Virus record (IMG/VR): IMGVR_UViG_3300004686_000013
Location: 1-26,414 of that record
Length of the DNA stretch: 26,414 bases
From: a virus
Lineage: Duplodnaviria; Caudoviricetes
Reading direction: 5' to 3' (one strand)
Positions within the stretch are counted from its first letter, which is position 1. Each line of letters begins with the position of its first letter. Made by a program: the position numbers and the translations under genes. A model generated the notes under the pieces. That model saw only the letters and a program-made list of their open reading frames with translations. It had not been told where the DNA came from and searched no databases. Below, piece after piece: positions 1 through 9,244 of this stretch.

Positions 1-1551
1 GCTAACGCCGCTGCTATTAGGATCCGTGTTCCCTATGCTTATTACATATGATGAAGTTGTGCTTGCGGCAGTTTGATTGGTCGTATCGTAAAAAGAACCC
101 CAATATCCAAGAGTTCCGCCCGCTCCCGTCGAGCCAGTGGGGCCAGTGGGCCCAGTAACAGATGGGCCAGTTGCCCCAGTTGCACCCGTTGGTCCCGTAG
201 GTCCCGTGACATTAGATGGTGCACCAGTTGCACCAGTAGGACCAGTAGGGCCTGCTGGCCCAGGAGCTCCGTTAAGGTTAATATTCCAAGAAGCATATGT
301 CCCAGAACCTAATACTGATGTGACATTAACAACCATCGCACCAGTAGCTGAATTATATGATGTAACAGACCCAACCATATAATTTGATGCATTATATGCA
401 ATAAGGACCTGCTGAGCTACAGTATAAGAAAGACCAGTTCCAACCGTTAATGATTGAGAGCCTGCTCCAATAGTTAATGAAGTCGTGCTAGTTGTGGGAT
501 AAGTAGCTCCGTTTGGGCCTGTAGATCCAGTTGGACCCGTAGGCCCCGTAGGTCCCGTTGCGCCAGTTGGACCTGTTGGTCCGGTAGGCCCTGTAGATCC
601 GGTCGGACCAGTCGGACCAGTTGCCCCTGTTGGTCCTGTCGGGCCACCTGCCGAACCAGTAGGGCCAATAACACCCTGAGGGCCTGTAGGACCGGTTGTG
701 CCAGCAGTTCCGGTAGGTCCTCTTGGTCCTGTCCAGCCAGTTGGGCCTGTGATACTTTGTCCCGTTGGGCCAGTTGGCCCTGTTGGCCCAGCAACAGTAG
801 ACGCGGCTCCAGTTGGGCCTGTTGGTCCAGCAGAACCAGTTGACCCTGTCGAACCAGTCGGACCTATTAAACCAGTGGGCCCAGTCGCTCCCGTTGCGCC
901 AATTAATCCCGTCGGTCCTGTAGGCCCAATAGGACCGCCACTAGGTCCAGTAGGACCCGTTGGCCCAATCGTTGATATAGTTCCGAGTTCTACCCATTGT
1001 GAGCCATCACTATCGGTCACATAGGTATATTCCAACCCCGTAATGGTATTAAACCATCTATCACCATCAATAGGAGCAGGGCTTACAGGAGGAGTAGGAG
1101 CCTCGGTATATGTTCCGGCACCTCTAGTTCCAGTCGGGCCAGTAGAACCCGTCGGGCCAGTCGGACCAATAGGCCCCCCACTTGGGCCAGTCGGTCCGGT
1201 AGGACCATTTGCAGGGCCCGTTGGTCCCGTAGGTCCTTGAGAGGTAATTAATGACGTGTCTACCCACTGGGAGCTGTTAACGTCCGAAATCCAAACATAC
1301 TCAATACCAGTGTCGGTATTTAACCATCTATCGCCTACTAGGTTTTCACTAACTGGAGTAGGAGGCGTGGGGCTTTCGGTATATTTACCGGGGCCCATGG
1401 GGCCAGTTGCACCAGTCGGTCCAGTTGGTGATAATCCAGCCAATTGGTTGGCCGCTATACGAACAGATGTCCCATTTTGAACGGCCTCAATAAGTTCTGT
1501 TCCTGTAACCGCTATTGCGGGTGGCAGATTTGGGATTTGCACAGAACTCAT
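1..1551 (-). CDS. Collagen-like (Gly-Pro-Thr repeat) tail fibre/virion protein, 3' end truncated by window edge
   Basis: Not in the ORF track because it has no stop in the window. Manual translation from ATG 1551 (ATGA overlap with the stop of 1548..1997) gives [31 protein letters not shown], then long [10 protein letters not shown] runs interrupted by small globular domains. The frame is open to base 1. Confidence 0.9.
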   Translation of the reverse strand, partial: MSSVQIPNLPPAIAVTGTELIEAVQNGTSVRIAANQLAGLSPTGPTGATGPMGPGKYTESPTPPTPVSENLVGDRWLNTDTGIEYVWISDVNSSQWVDTSLITSQGPTGPTGPANGPTGPTGPSGGPIGPTGPTGSTGPTGTRGAGTYTEAPTPPVSPAPIDGDRWFNTITGLEYTYVTDSDGSQWVELGTISTIGPTGPTGPSGGPIGPTGPTGLIGATGATGPTGLIGPTGSTGSTGSAGPTGPTGAASTVAGPTGPTGPTGQSITGPTGWTGPRGPTGTAGTTGPTGPQGVIGPTGSAGGPTGPTGATGPTGPTGSTGPTGPTGPTGATGPTGPTGPTGSTGPNGATYPTTSTTSLTIGAGSQSLTVGTGLSYTVAQQVLIAYNASNYMVGSVTSYNSATGAMVVNVTSVLGSGTYASWNINLNGAPGPAGPTGPTGATGAPSNVTGPTGPTGATGATGPSVTGPTGPTGSTGAGGTLGYWGSFYDTTNQTAASTTSSYVISIGNTDPNSSGVS

Positions 1552-1997
1552 GAAATGCTCCCATATGCAATGCAGATAGATGGGCTATAAAACCATAAAT
1601 TAACGGTTCCATATGCGGCAAGTGTTAATGATGCTTTAATAAAAGGAGTTCCTGAAATATATGTTTGCAATGAACTACTGTTAATCGTTGCGGGGTTTAA
1701 TGTATGATTAAAAATAACAACAACATTACCAGAAGAAAAAGTAACATCAGGTATAATTATACTTCCGCCAACTCCTATTGATACCGCTTTACCGACATCA
1801 GACGATGACAATGTATAAGCGCTATTTTTATCTACCCCAGACAACGGTAAATTAATAGGAACAGCTGGACCAGTGGGGCCAATTGGTCCCGTTGGGCCAA
1901 ACCCACTATTTATCGCCGCAAAATTTTCATCAAGTTGCTCTAGTGGAATAGATGATCCACCAGGATAATTAGCAAATGTATATGGGACTGTAGCCAT
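1548..1997 (-). CDS. Virion structural/tail-associated protein (149 aa)
   Basis: N-terminal '[13 protein letters not shown]' fibre-attachment-like motif, a short GPT stretch and a beta-rich C-terminus; coupled to the collagen gene. Confidence 0.7.
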   Translation of the reverse strand: MATVPYTFANYPGGSSIPLEQLDENFAAINSGFGPTGPIGPTGPAVPINLPLSGVDKNSAYTLSSSDVGKAVSIGVGGSIIIPDVTFSSGNVVVIFNHTLNPATINSSSLQTYISGTPFIKASLTLAAYGTVNLWFYSPSICIAYGSIS

Positions 1998-2006
1998 CTT
2001 TCACCA

Positions 2007-2729
2007 TTACCCCGGAAATTCTTGCAACAAAAACGATGTAGCATCTTCTAACATTAAAAACCCAGTATCGTTTTCCAATAGAATACCATCATTTTCTATT
2101 GGTCCGACTTGAGGCCCTGGCAACAATGACATAAAGACATTTTGCCCAAGATTATTAGACCAATTCACTGAATTATCAAGTAAATTGGTCCAATCTGCAT
2201 TTGTTAGACCTGTATCAATAGCCCCGGTTCTTGGAACTTCTGTATTGTCATATGGAAGACCAATTTCATTATCTCCAGGGACTTGAAAAGATTGTCCTGG
2301 CTGATGGTTCCATCCACCCGGTGGCTCACCAGTTTGTTGCGTAACACGTGTATTGTTATTTTCTGTAATACGTATTTGACCCGTTGGAACAGGCAATCCA
2401 GTCCAAAACCAAGCCGAATTTACAGTAGGAGAAACTGTGGGTTGCGGGGCAGATGTAACGCGAGTATTTTGTTCATATTCCTTATAACGCTCAGGTCGAG
2501 CATTCAAGATCGGCATAGGATCTGGCGGAAGAATACGTGGCTTTAATTGAGGCTGGGGGTCGTCAAAACACGTTTCACAAACTAAAATTCTCAAGTTTGC
2601 AAGGTTACGGCCTCTGTAGTCATACTGCCAGCGCAAATCTTTATGATTGTAAAGAAAACCACAACGATCACATATTGCAAATGCAGCGCTGTTATTTGGA
2701 TCAACTTTAGCTCTTCCGTGAGGATACAT
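2007..2729 (-). CDS. Conserved phage protein with N-terminal CxxC..CxxC (putative Zn-binding) domain
   Basis: CDRC...CETC...DPQPQL...DPMPILNARPE; acidic LLE-type repeats at the C-terminus; lies in the morphogenesis operon. Confidence 0.75.
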   Translation of the reverse strand: MYPHGRAKVDPNNSAAFAICDRCGFLYNHKDLRWQYDYRGRNLANLRILVCETCFDDPQPQLKPRILPPDPMPILNARPERYKEYEQNTRVTSAPQPTVSPTVNSAWFWTGLPVPTGQIRITENNNTRVTQQTGEPPGGWNHQPGQSFQVPGDNEIGLPYDNTEVPRTGAIDTGLTNADWTNLLDNSVNWSNNLGQNVFMSLLPGPQVGPIENDGILLENDTGFLMLEDATSFLLQEFPG

Positions 2730-3493
2730 TATTCCACATCCTCCACGTAAGAAAACTTAAACCCACCAACAGTTTTCCTGTTATTTTTCCCTAAACATAG
2801 TTCTATCACTGAACTTTTAGCTACATTATAAACTCTAGCCGCTTCACTCGCAGATGGGTATTGCCTTCCGTCATTTAAACAAACAACCTTTTTGGATAAT
2901 TTTATTGGTCCGTTTGCCCTTCTACCAGCTCCATCAATTCCATTAATTATTCCGATATGACTTTTATTAACGTCTACAATTTTACGGCGTTTTGCGCACT
3001 TAATTTCAATTTCTCTAATAAAAATATTTCTATCCTTTTCTTCAATTTCTTTATCGTAATAAATAAAGTGCAACCCATTCGCTGATCTGTATTTAAGATT
3101 GCAAACATCCGTTATTGAAACGGGTGATAATTTATTTTCAAAAGCCGCTTCTGTCGCACTATTATATATCCTACCTGTTTCCAGGCACATAACATTTTTT
3201 CTATTGTGAGGAATAATACCTACGGTTCCATCCCCACCATCTGTTAAATTAGCTATTTTATATCCACTATCTCTAAATGCCTTTATCCATGCTCTTTCCC
3301 AAAAACATGAAATTTCCCAGTTTGGTAATTCTGCAATCAAAGATATTTTAACACCGTGTTTTTTTACAATGTTTTTATGATATTGAGTTCTGCTGTGATG
3401 ATTTAACTTAAATGCACGATCTTTTTTTTGGCCTATCCCAACATAGAAAGGTTCATGCATATCTTCTTTAAAATGACAATATAAATATGGCAT
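2729..3493 (-). CDS. Free-standing GIY-YIG-like homing endonuclease with two NUMOD1-like DNA-binding repeats
   Basis: YLYCH...FYVGIG...R, conserved E, NLTDGGDG; two repeats VxCLxxGRxYxSAxEAA...SxxxxC; visibly AT-richer than neighbours. Confidence 0.85.
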   Translation of the reverse strand: MPYLYCHFKEDMHEPFYVGIGQKKDRAFKLNHHSRTQYHKNIVKKHGVKISLIAELPNWEISCFWERAWIKAFRDSGYKIANLTDGGDGTVGIIPHNRKNVMCLETGRIYNSATEAAFENKLSPVSITDVCNLKYRSANGLHFIYYDKEIEEKDRNIFIREIEIKCAKRRKIVDVNKSHIGIINGIDGAGRRANGPIKLSKKVVCLNDGRQYPSASEAARVYNVAKSSVIELCLGKNNRKTVGGFKFSYVEDVE

Positions 3494-3501
3494 GTCTTAC
3501 A

Positions 3502-4179
3502 TCACCCGAAATAGCTTCTCATCGCAACATTCATGGTTACTGGCACATTTTCTGTTCCAACTTGATTTGCTCTTTGCCAAGCACGATCTGCTCTTGGCTG
3601 AAGTATTTGAACCTTATCAGGGGCATACATATAAGCCAGTCTAGCGGCCAATCCCCACACAAATGCGTCAAAGAAGTAAGTCGGAATAGGCAATTGTGTG
3701 CCATTTTGAGCAACTAAGTCCTGAGACTGCTGCATATAATAATAAGTCAATCCACCAACTGCGTCTTGTGGCAAAATAGGCCACAAATATAAAGTAGGGG
3801 ACAGAGTTCTATCAAACCAATAGCTGGTTGGCTGCCCTTCTTGCTGTTTTTGAGCAAGCGAGGCGTAATCTGTTCTGGAAATGGGTATTATTATGCGATC
3901 CGAACCAAGATTTGTCGTATAAACATCTAAAAGAAAGACAACAGTAGCCGGCAGCGCATAAGAAATTTGCCCCGCGACAATATCTAATGTCGCCCTTTGG
4001 ACCTGCCAAAGATTAATACCGTCACCAGCCCAATCAGACATCATGAAATTAGCTTCATTAACTGCATCAGACATATGTTGAGCAGTTAAGTCCGTTCTTC
4101 TTATGCCACATTTAGCATAAGCATTGACGACGAAATCGCCAAATGCGGGATTGAAGCTATATGTGTTTGAAGTTGTCAT
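3502..4179 (-). CDS. Putative head-tail adaptor / tail tubular protein
   Basis: MTTSNTYSFN...AYAKCG...GINLW...GQPTSYWFDR...LYLWP...WGLAARLA pattern and position downstream of the capsid gene. Confidence 0.65.
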   Translation of the reverse strand: MTTSNTYSFNPAFGDFVVNAYAKCGIRRTDLTAQHMSDAVNEANFMMSDWAGDGINLWQVQRATLDIVAGQISYALPATVVFLLDVYTTNLGSDRIIIPISRTDYASLAQKQQEGQPTSYWFDRTLSPTLYLWPILPQDAVGGLTYYYMQQSQDLVAQNGTQLPIPTYFFDAFVWGLAARLAYMYAPDKVQILQPRADRAWQRANQVGTENVPVTMNVAMRSYFG

Positions 4180-4832
4180 TAGCTAACCAGGTTTCCAAAC
4201 TGGACAAATGTAGAATTCACATAACCAGTTCCGGAATTAAGTGTTACCTTAACATATAATGGCGCTATTAAATATGATGACTGTTGTGTAGAAGACGAGT
4301 TTACTAACGCTGCTGTTGGGTTATTCACCCACGTAACTAAATAAGGAAGTGTTGGATTAGTCGGACTATTAGGATCCTCGTATGTCTGTTGGACAGTATA
4401 GCTTACAGATCCATTTACTGTGCATTGAAATCCCATTTGTGGGAAAGCATACGGATCAATATAAACCCAAGAAGAAGAAGCGACTGTGTTTGTGCCAATT
4501 GTGATAGCACCTGTAGTCGCCGCACTAACAGTAATATTTGTAACAGTTTTGAAATCTAAATTTGTATATACAGTCGCCGTATCCGGACCAAGCAAAACTT
4601 CTGTTTGAATATTTCCACTTGCACTTGTTCCAGTAATAGTAAATGTTTTGTTATTATCAGTGTTTGTAGATGTTATAGCAACTCTACGGGCAACATCTAA
4701 AACTGCAACACCATTAGCGACGAGCGAACCATTTAATGTTAGAGCGCCCGCTCCGGAGGGTGATTGCGATAAACAAATTCCATTAGAAACAGCCGTTGCT
4801 AACGGGCCAACCGTCACTGTAATCGGGCGCAT
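4179..4832 (-). CDS. Virion structural protein, Thr/Ser/Val-rich beta protein (217 aa)
   Basis: Long ORF with AAAGGA RBS and a TAATG overlap to the next gene; composition typical of surface structural proteins. Confidence 0.7.
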   Translation of the reverse strand: MRPITVTVGPLATAVSNGICLSQSPSGAGALTLNGSLVANGVAVLDVARRVAITSTNTDNNKTFTITGTSASGNIQTEVLLGPDTATVYTNLDFKTVTNITVSAATTGAITIGTNTVASSSWVYIDPYAFPQMGFQCTVNGSVSYTVQQTYEDPNSPTNPTLPYLVTWVNNPTAALVNSSSTQQSSYLIAPLYVKVTLNSGTGYVNSTFVQFGNLVS

Positions 4833-4847
4833 ATCTGTGTCCTTTAA

Positions 4848-5045
4848 TTAAATATCGCCGCCGTATTTGCGGTGCATCGCTTTCAGCGTTTTAGCTAAAT
4901 TAGCCTTTTTTGCCAAAGCGGGATTTTCAGAGTGAGAAGCTTTTTCCAACTTCCCTGAAGGAATGGTTTTGCTCTCCGGAACATGCAGGGCCTTATGTAA
5001 AGAACCTGGATGCTTTATAGCTTTTTGGATCCATTTCTCAGCCAT
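4848..5045 (-). CDS. Small basic phage protein (KWIQKAIKHPGSLH...), ends RKYGGDI
   Basis: Start moved to ATG 5045, which follows a GGAGAG RBS; Lys-rich, possibly an internal DNA-binding head protein. Confidence 0.75.
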   Translation of the reverse strand: MAEKWIQKAIKHPGSLHKALHVPESKTIPSGKLEKASHSENPALAKKANLAKTLKAMHRKYGGDI

Positions 5046-5057
5046 GACACTCTCCAT

Positions 5058-5081
5058 AAGAAAGAGGCGGCCGAAGCCGCC
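5058..5081 (-). terminator. Intrinsic terminator with cUUCGg tetraloop
   Basis: Minus strand GGCGGC-TTCG-GCCGCC-TCTTTCTT. Confidence 0.8.
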
Positions 5082-5090
5082 CCGATCTGA

Positions 5091-5423
5091 TTAGTCAAGA
5101 CCGTGCTTGGACTGAATGTCCGCGCCTGGACGGGTAGAAGTTTTCTGAGCAGCTTCCCAATCTTGGCTGATTGAGGCACCACCTTCTGCACGACCACCAC
5201 GCTTACGGGGAGCGCGGTCGCAACGAGCCATTGATTTCTCGCCTTCGACTTTGCCGCCCTTTTTGCGCTTCTTGGCATCTTTCATAACATTGCTGTCTTT
5301 ACCTGCGTAAGCCATATCATGCTCACGATCGTCCGCAAATGAGCCCGTAGGATCATTGGGGACATTAGCGGTAGAAGCGCGACCGCCTTCTTTCCGCTCC
5401 ATATGATGTTTCTTGCCTCTCAT
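5091..5423 (-). CDS. Small charged low-complexity protein with four RxxGG motifs
   Basis: RKEGGRA, RKKGGKV, RKRGGRA, RAEGGAS. ATG 5423 preferred over TTG 5429 on RBS spacing. Confidence 0.75.
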   Translation of the reverse strand: MRGKKHHMERKEGGRASTANVPNDPTGSFADDREHDMAYAGKDSNVMKDAKKRKKGGKVEGEKSMARCDRAPRKRGGRAEGGASISQDWEAAQKTSTRPGADIQSKHGLD

Positions 5424-5436
5424 GGCCAATCATCCT

Positions 5437-5892
5437 TTAGACTGAGTTTGGACCTTGGATATAATCTACCGTAATCGCTCCAACACCAGCGCCATCATTC
5501 GCACTCTTAATATAAATCATAACATCGGATGTTCCGACATTGATCCAATTATTTGTGCGCGTGGCATCTGCACCAGGAGCTACAACAACCGTTCCAATCG
5601 TGCCGCCGGCAACAGCCGTAGCAAGTTCAGTAGCAGTCGTCGATGTGCCAATGCTTAACGTAGAAGCAGAACCATTCCATGCCGTTGTAACAAACAGCTT
5701 GATACTAACAATTGTCGAACCGGCTGGAACAACAATATTCGTAGCTTGTGCAGCAGCTGTTTGAGTAAGTGACGTATCAATCTGGGCAAGAAGAGCCGTG
5801 CCTACGTTGGCAACATTAACACCAACCGTAGATCCGCTTGTATCTAGAATTGAGCCCGCTGTAATGGGCCCAGTGAAAGTAGTAGTGGTCAT
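5437..5892 (-). CDS. Putative capsid accessory/decoration protein (151 aa)
   Basis: Immediately downstream of the major capsid gene; MTTTTFTGPI N-terminus; beta-sandwich-like composition. Confidence 0.7.
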   Translation of the reverse strand: MTTTTFTGPITAGSILDTSGSTVGVNVANVGTALLAQIDTSLTQTAAAQATNIVVPAGSTIVSIKLFVTTAWNGSASTLSIGTSTTATELATAVAGGTIGTVVVAPGADATRTNNWINVGTSDVMIYIKSANDGAGVGAITVDYIQGPNSV

Positions 5893-5913
5893 TTGGGACC
5901 CTTTCAGTTGAGC

Positions 5914-5934
5914 AAAACTGGGCCCGAAGGCCCC
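5914..5934 (-). terminator. Hairpin/terminator after major capsid gene (cUUCGg loop)
   Basis: Minus strand GGGCC-TTCG-GGCCC-AGTTTT. Confidence 0.65.
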
Positions 5935-5943
5935 GCCATTCCA

Positions 5944-6858
5944 TTACGATGTTGGGAACGATCCGTAGATTGAACGCCAGTTGTAGTATCCGAACGAATA
6001 GCGCTCGTAGCCCTTCACCAACAGGTTGTCTGTCGTGAAGTCTACCTGCATGTCCATTTCGTAAGGGACACGTTCCATATAAACGAGACCTTTAATGTTC
6101 GTCAGTAGGAACCACGCAAAGTTTGACGTCAGGTAATCGTTTACCATGTAGCCTTCTGGCAAGCCGCCGGCCGTGGAAATGATTGCGTTCACGTCGTTGT
6201 TTGCAGTGCCTGGGCGCAGTTCGGTCTTTGTAAGACGAATTGCAACAGGTTCAAGCGTCGGTGGGATGATCAACTTGCGACCACGAGCAAAGATCTTCAG
6301 ACCAGCGATATCGCGGAAGTTCTGACGAATTGCAATCATTGCATTCAACAGAGAAGCTTCGTTAAGATCAACGTCGGTCGTAGGACGGTTTGCAATCGTA
6401 TTGCCGTCAATCGGATGGTTTGTAGCGCAAAGTGATACGCCGTCGCCACCAACTGACGCATTATACGTCGTTGCCGTGTTGAGGATGTTTGCGCCATAGA
6501 TTTCTTTGGTCTGTGAGAAGCTCTCAATCAGACCAAGGTTCGTTGGCGTAAACTGTGTCTTATACAGGTTATCATCAATTGCCTTACGGGTAATGGCATA
6601 GCCAAGACCGATTTCGTAATGCTCTTGATTGTAGACGTAACGCTCGGAAGCGTTGTTGTCAAAGTTTACAGCGCCGCCTTCAGTCTTGATTGCTGCAAGA
6701 CCGAGGTAACGCATTTCTGCTGTGCGCTCAAGAGCAAGGTTAGATTTGCTCTTCTCGAACATTTTGTCCCACTGCGATGGGATCTGAGGGTATTTACCCT
6801 CAACGCCACGGAGACCTGGTAAGAGCAGGTCGCGGATGGCTGAAAGATTAACTGCCAT
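5944..6858 (-). CDS. Major capsid protein (HK97 fold, Mu gpT-like family)
   Basis: 304 aa; LLLPGL...EGGAV.FD...LGYAITRKAIDDNLY...GGDGVSL...HP...KLIIPP.L...ERYSFGYYNWRSIYGS; strong GGAG RBS; follows the scaffold and decoration genes. Confidence 0.92.
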   Translation of the reverse strand: MAVNLSAIRDLLLPGLRGVEGKYPQIPSQWDKMFEKSKSNLALERTAEMRYLGLAAIKTEGGAVNFDNNASERYVYNQEHYEIGLGYAITRKAIDDNLYKTQFTPTNLGLIESFSQTKEIYGANILNTATTYNASVGGDGVSLCATNHPIDGNTIANRPTTDVDLNEASLLNAMIAIRQNFRDIAGLKIFARGRKLIIPPTLEPVAIRLTKTELRPGTANNDVNAIISTAGGLPEGYMVNDYLTSNFAWFLLTNIKGLVYMERVPYEMDMQVDFTTDNLLVKGYERYSFGYYNWRSIYGSFPTS

Positions 6859-6871
6859 GTGAGCCTACTCC

Positions 6872-7492
6872 TTAGATGCCAGTTACCGCGCCGTTAGAAC
6901 GCAGCATCTCGTTGTTGAAGCCGACGATGACGTAGTTATAAACTGACGTCGCGTCTGTGCCGTTAGCACCCGGTGGGTCGATAACCATGTCGACGACTTG
7001 GAACGGATACGTTGCAGTCGTGCCAACAGTGTCAACATACATGCCGGAAATGCCAGTAGAGGTGTTACCTGTGCCAACATTAAGCTGGACAAGTTTACCG
7101 ACTGGAGAAGTGCCGAAGGCTGTGTTTGTGCCGCTGATCTGGAAGCTTGAGCCGCTTGTCTGAACGACAAAGCGAGCATTCGGATCATCAATCACGTATG
7201 CGATGACGTCGCCAGTAGCGTCAGAGCCTGGCCAATAGTTTGACCAAACAGTGCGCTTCTGAGATGTCGAAAGATACTGGCAACCCCAGAAGATACCAGC
7301 AAGCGCAACCGTGCTTGCAGTAGCTTGCTTGATGTAACCATTTGTGGACGGAGACGTTACAGGGACAACTGCGTCGCCCTTGTAAATCGCACCGGCCGTT
7401 GACGCAATACGGCGAACCGATACGCGCCAATTCATCGGACCATTGCTGGTCGACGTCGGAGAAAATCCGAACGGAGCAAAATTGTTAGACAT
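6872..7492 (-). CDS. Putative capsid decoration/cement protein
   Basis: MSNNFAPFGF.P...IYKGDAV...GIFWGCQY...YWP...AYVIDDP; directly upstream of the capsid gene. ATG 7492 chosen as start. Confidence 0.7.
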   Translation of the reverse strand: MSNNFAPFGFSPTSTSNGPMNWRVSVRRIASTAGAIYKGDAVVPVTSPSTNGYIKQATASTVALAGIFWGCQYLSTSQKRTVWSNYWPGSDATGDVIAYVIDDPNARFVVQTSGSSFQISGTNTAFGTSPVGKLVQLNVGTGNTSTGISGMYVDTVGTTATYPFQVVDMVIDPPGANGTDATSVYNYVIVGFNNEMLRSNGAVTGI

Positions 7493-7524
7493 GACCAATC
7501 CCTATGGGGCTTGGATCCTTACGC

Positions 7525-7641
7525 AACTCCGGCGCGGAGGAGTTTCAGAATGGGGGTGTGTGATGTTCCCGGCGCGGGTCCATCGAAAGCCGCAAGCCTT
7601 TTGGCGCGGCGGGGTTCAATCCACTTCTCCCGGCGCGGGAG
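7525..7641 (-). promoter_or_regulatory. Array of four GCGCC-loop hairpins in the 5' leader of the decoration/capsid genes
   Basis: Plus-strand GGCGC at 7531, 7571, 7603 and 7632, each within a stem (CTCC/GGAG, CCC/GGG plus GATG/CATC, GCC/GGC, CTCCC/GGGAG). Confidence 0.7.
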
Positions 7642-7715
7642 CAGGAAATACATAAGCAACCAATGGTCGCTAAAATCGTCAGTTTATATTTATCAGACGT
7701 TTTATTAGAAAGCAA

Positions 7716-8279
7716 CTATTCGTCTGATGGAACTCCAATCGGAGAGCGAGACTTATTAAATCTATGAACCTCACGCGGTCCAAGATCAGATCCTCTACCG
7801 CTGCGAAGTTGCTGTTCTTTTGTAAACACCGCTTCTCGTGCTGCACGAGCTTCTTTCATCCTTGCTTCTTCAGTGAGGATAGAAGGGCGCTCCATGAGAA
7901 CTTGGCCTTCAACTTCAATTGTCTCGCCTTTCCAATTACCAGGCATCATACTTGGATATCGGCTTAGCGGGACTGGCTTCCAGCCTTGTCTGTCAAGCTC
8001 AACGATGTAGGAAGATTGTTCTTCTCCCATAACCGTGTGGCACTTCCATTGATAATCCCAACCCGGAGGCGGAGAAGGAGCCCAAAATTTATCTCGTGAG
8101 CCGTCTCCGTCTGGTTGGTTTTGGCGAATTTCCCGAAGACGGGCTTCAGCTCTGGCAACACTGTCCTCAGTAGCGTCTAATGGCTTGCGATCAACAGATG
8201 TGACGTCTAGGGTTTTTTTATAAGCCTTGCCTTCTCTTGTGCGACCATCAATATTGGAAAGTTCTTCAAAACTATTCAT
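7716..8279 (-). CDS. Conserved head-morphogenesis hypothetical protein (187 aa)
   Basis: PPPGWDYQWK...GWKPVP...GQVLMERP motif; lies between the scaffold and capsid genes. Confidence 0.8.
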   Translation of the reverse strand: MNSFEELSNIDGRTREGKAYKKTLDVTSVDRKPLDATEDSVARAEARLREIRQNQPDGDGSRDKFWAPSPPPGWDYQWKCHTVMGEEQSSYIVELDRQGWKPVPLSRYPSMMPGNWKGETIEVEGQVLMERPSILTEEARMKEARAAREAVFTKEQQLRSGRGSDLGPREVHRFNKSRSPIGVPSDE

Positions 8280-8292
8280 GTTCTAATTCCTT

Positions 8293-9234
8293 TTAAGCCG
8301 AAAGCTTGCCTTCGCGGATCAAGGCAGCCTTATTGCGGGCATAAGTTTCAATGGCTTTTTCTCTTGGTAGATCTGGATCCATCAATAAGGCTTGTTCTAC
8401 TTCGGCAGCCGACAAAGTCATTGTCGAACCACCATTGTAGCCAGATCGCCCTATTGTCGGAGAAGACGACGTGACGGGTGTAGACGCCATCGCCTGTCTT
8501 TTTATGTTCGATCTATTATTTGAGATCCCAAGCTCATTCTCAATATATGAGAAATACTCCGGGCTTTCAGCCTTTATGCCTTTTAATACAGTCGCCGCCT
8601 GATGGGCAGCAGACAGTCGGTTCATGTCCGCAGCAGCATTCGGATGCTCTCTTAACCAAGACGCTGATCGCGGTGATAGTTTTGATAAAAGCGCCTCAAA
8701 CTGTTGTTCCTGTGAAAGAGGCTGTGGTGGTGGTTCATATTGCGGTTGTTGAGGAGGAGTATCGGCAACTCTCCCTTCGGTGGCTTGTAGATATTTTTCA
8801 ATATCACTTTTGCCTTCGTATAAACCTTTAAGGTTAGCATTCGCCCAAGCAAGGACATTGTTTGCCTCGGCCGCTGCGGAATAATCTCCTGAAGCCATGG
8901 CATCCGAATAAGTTCGTTTTGCCTGCTCGATAGTTTGCTGCATATTTTCAATGCCGCTTAAAACTACCTTGTAATTACTGCTATGAAGATCGGCCTGAGC
9001 ATATTGCGCGGCCTTAGCTTGTTCTAAGGCATATTGTTCTGCCCTGTGACGAGCTATTTTCTCTTGCTCATGGCGTCTATTGACCTCTTCTAATTGAGAT
9101 TTTACTTCGAGAAGGGCCTTTTCACGATCATCCACTGTGTCTTGTGAGGGTTTTTCTCCCTCAAGGACTACTTCTACTGGACCGTCATCCTCAATCGGGA
9201 CTTCAATCTCTTTTTCATCGCCAATATCAATCAT
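8293..9234 (-). CDS. Putative scaffolding protein
   Basis: Acidic N-terminus, long coiled coil, C-terminal 'TLSAAEVEQA...YARNK' tail. Start ATG 9234 follows GAGGAG. Confidence 0.75.
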   Translation of the reverse strand: MIDIGDEKEIEVPIEDDGPVEVVLEGEKPSQDTVDDREKALLEVKSQLEEVNRRHEQEKIARHRAEQYALEQAKAAQYAQADLHSSNYKVVLSGIENMQQTIEQAKRTYSDAMASGDYSAAAEANNVLAWANANLKGLYEGKSDIEKYLQATEGRVADTPPQQPQYEPPPQPLSQEQQFEALLSKLSPRSASWLREHPNAAADMNRLSAAHQAATVLKGIKAESPEYFSYIENELGISNNRSNIKRQAMASTPVTSSSPTIGRSGYNGGSTMTLSAAEVEQALLMDPDLPREKAIETYARNKAALIREGKLSA

Positions 9235-9244
9235 TTTTAGCTCC

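Noticed and set aside
160-1240. Repetitive 9-bp units that could be mistaken for a CRISPR or satellite array
   Set aside because: They are degenerate Gly-Pro-Thr codons, with no constant repeat/unique spacer structure and no cas genes.
42-1480. Many short ORFs (GPVGPV-rich on plus, Leu/Gln-rich on minus)
   Set aside because: Shadow frames of the collagen-like gene on the minus strand.
2729-3501. Group I intron around the GIY-YIG gene
   Set aside because: Flanking genes look complete and there is no non-coding space for a ribozyme core.
6884-6894. CGCGCCG heptamer near the end of the decoration gene
   Set aside because: It is in the opposite orientation, inside coding sequence (Gly-Ala), and has no flanking stem.
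7443-7708. Plus-strand ORFs over the hairpin array
   Set aside because: Antisense to the operon, with no RBS; explained by GC-rich structured leader sequence.
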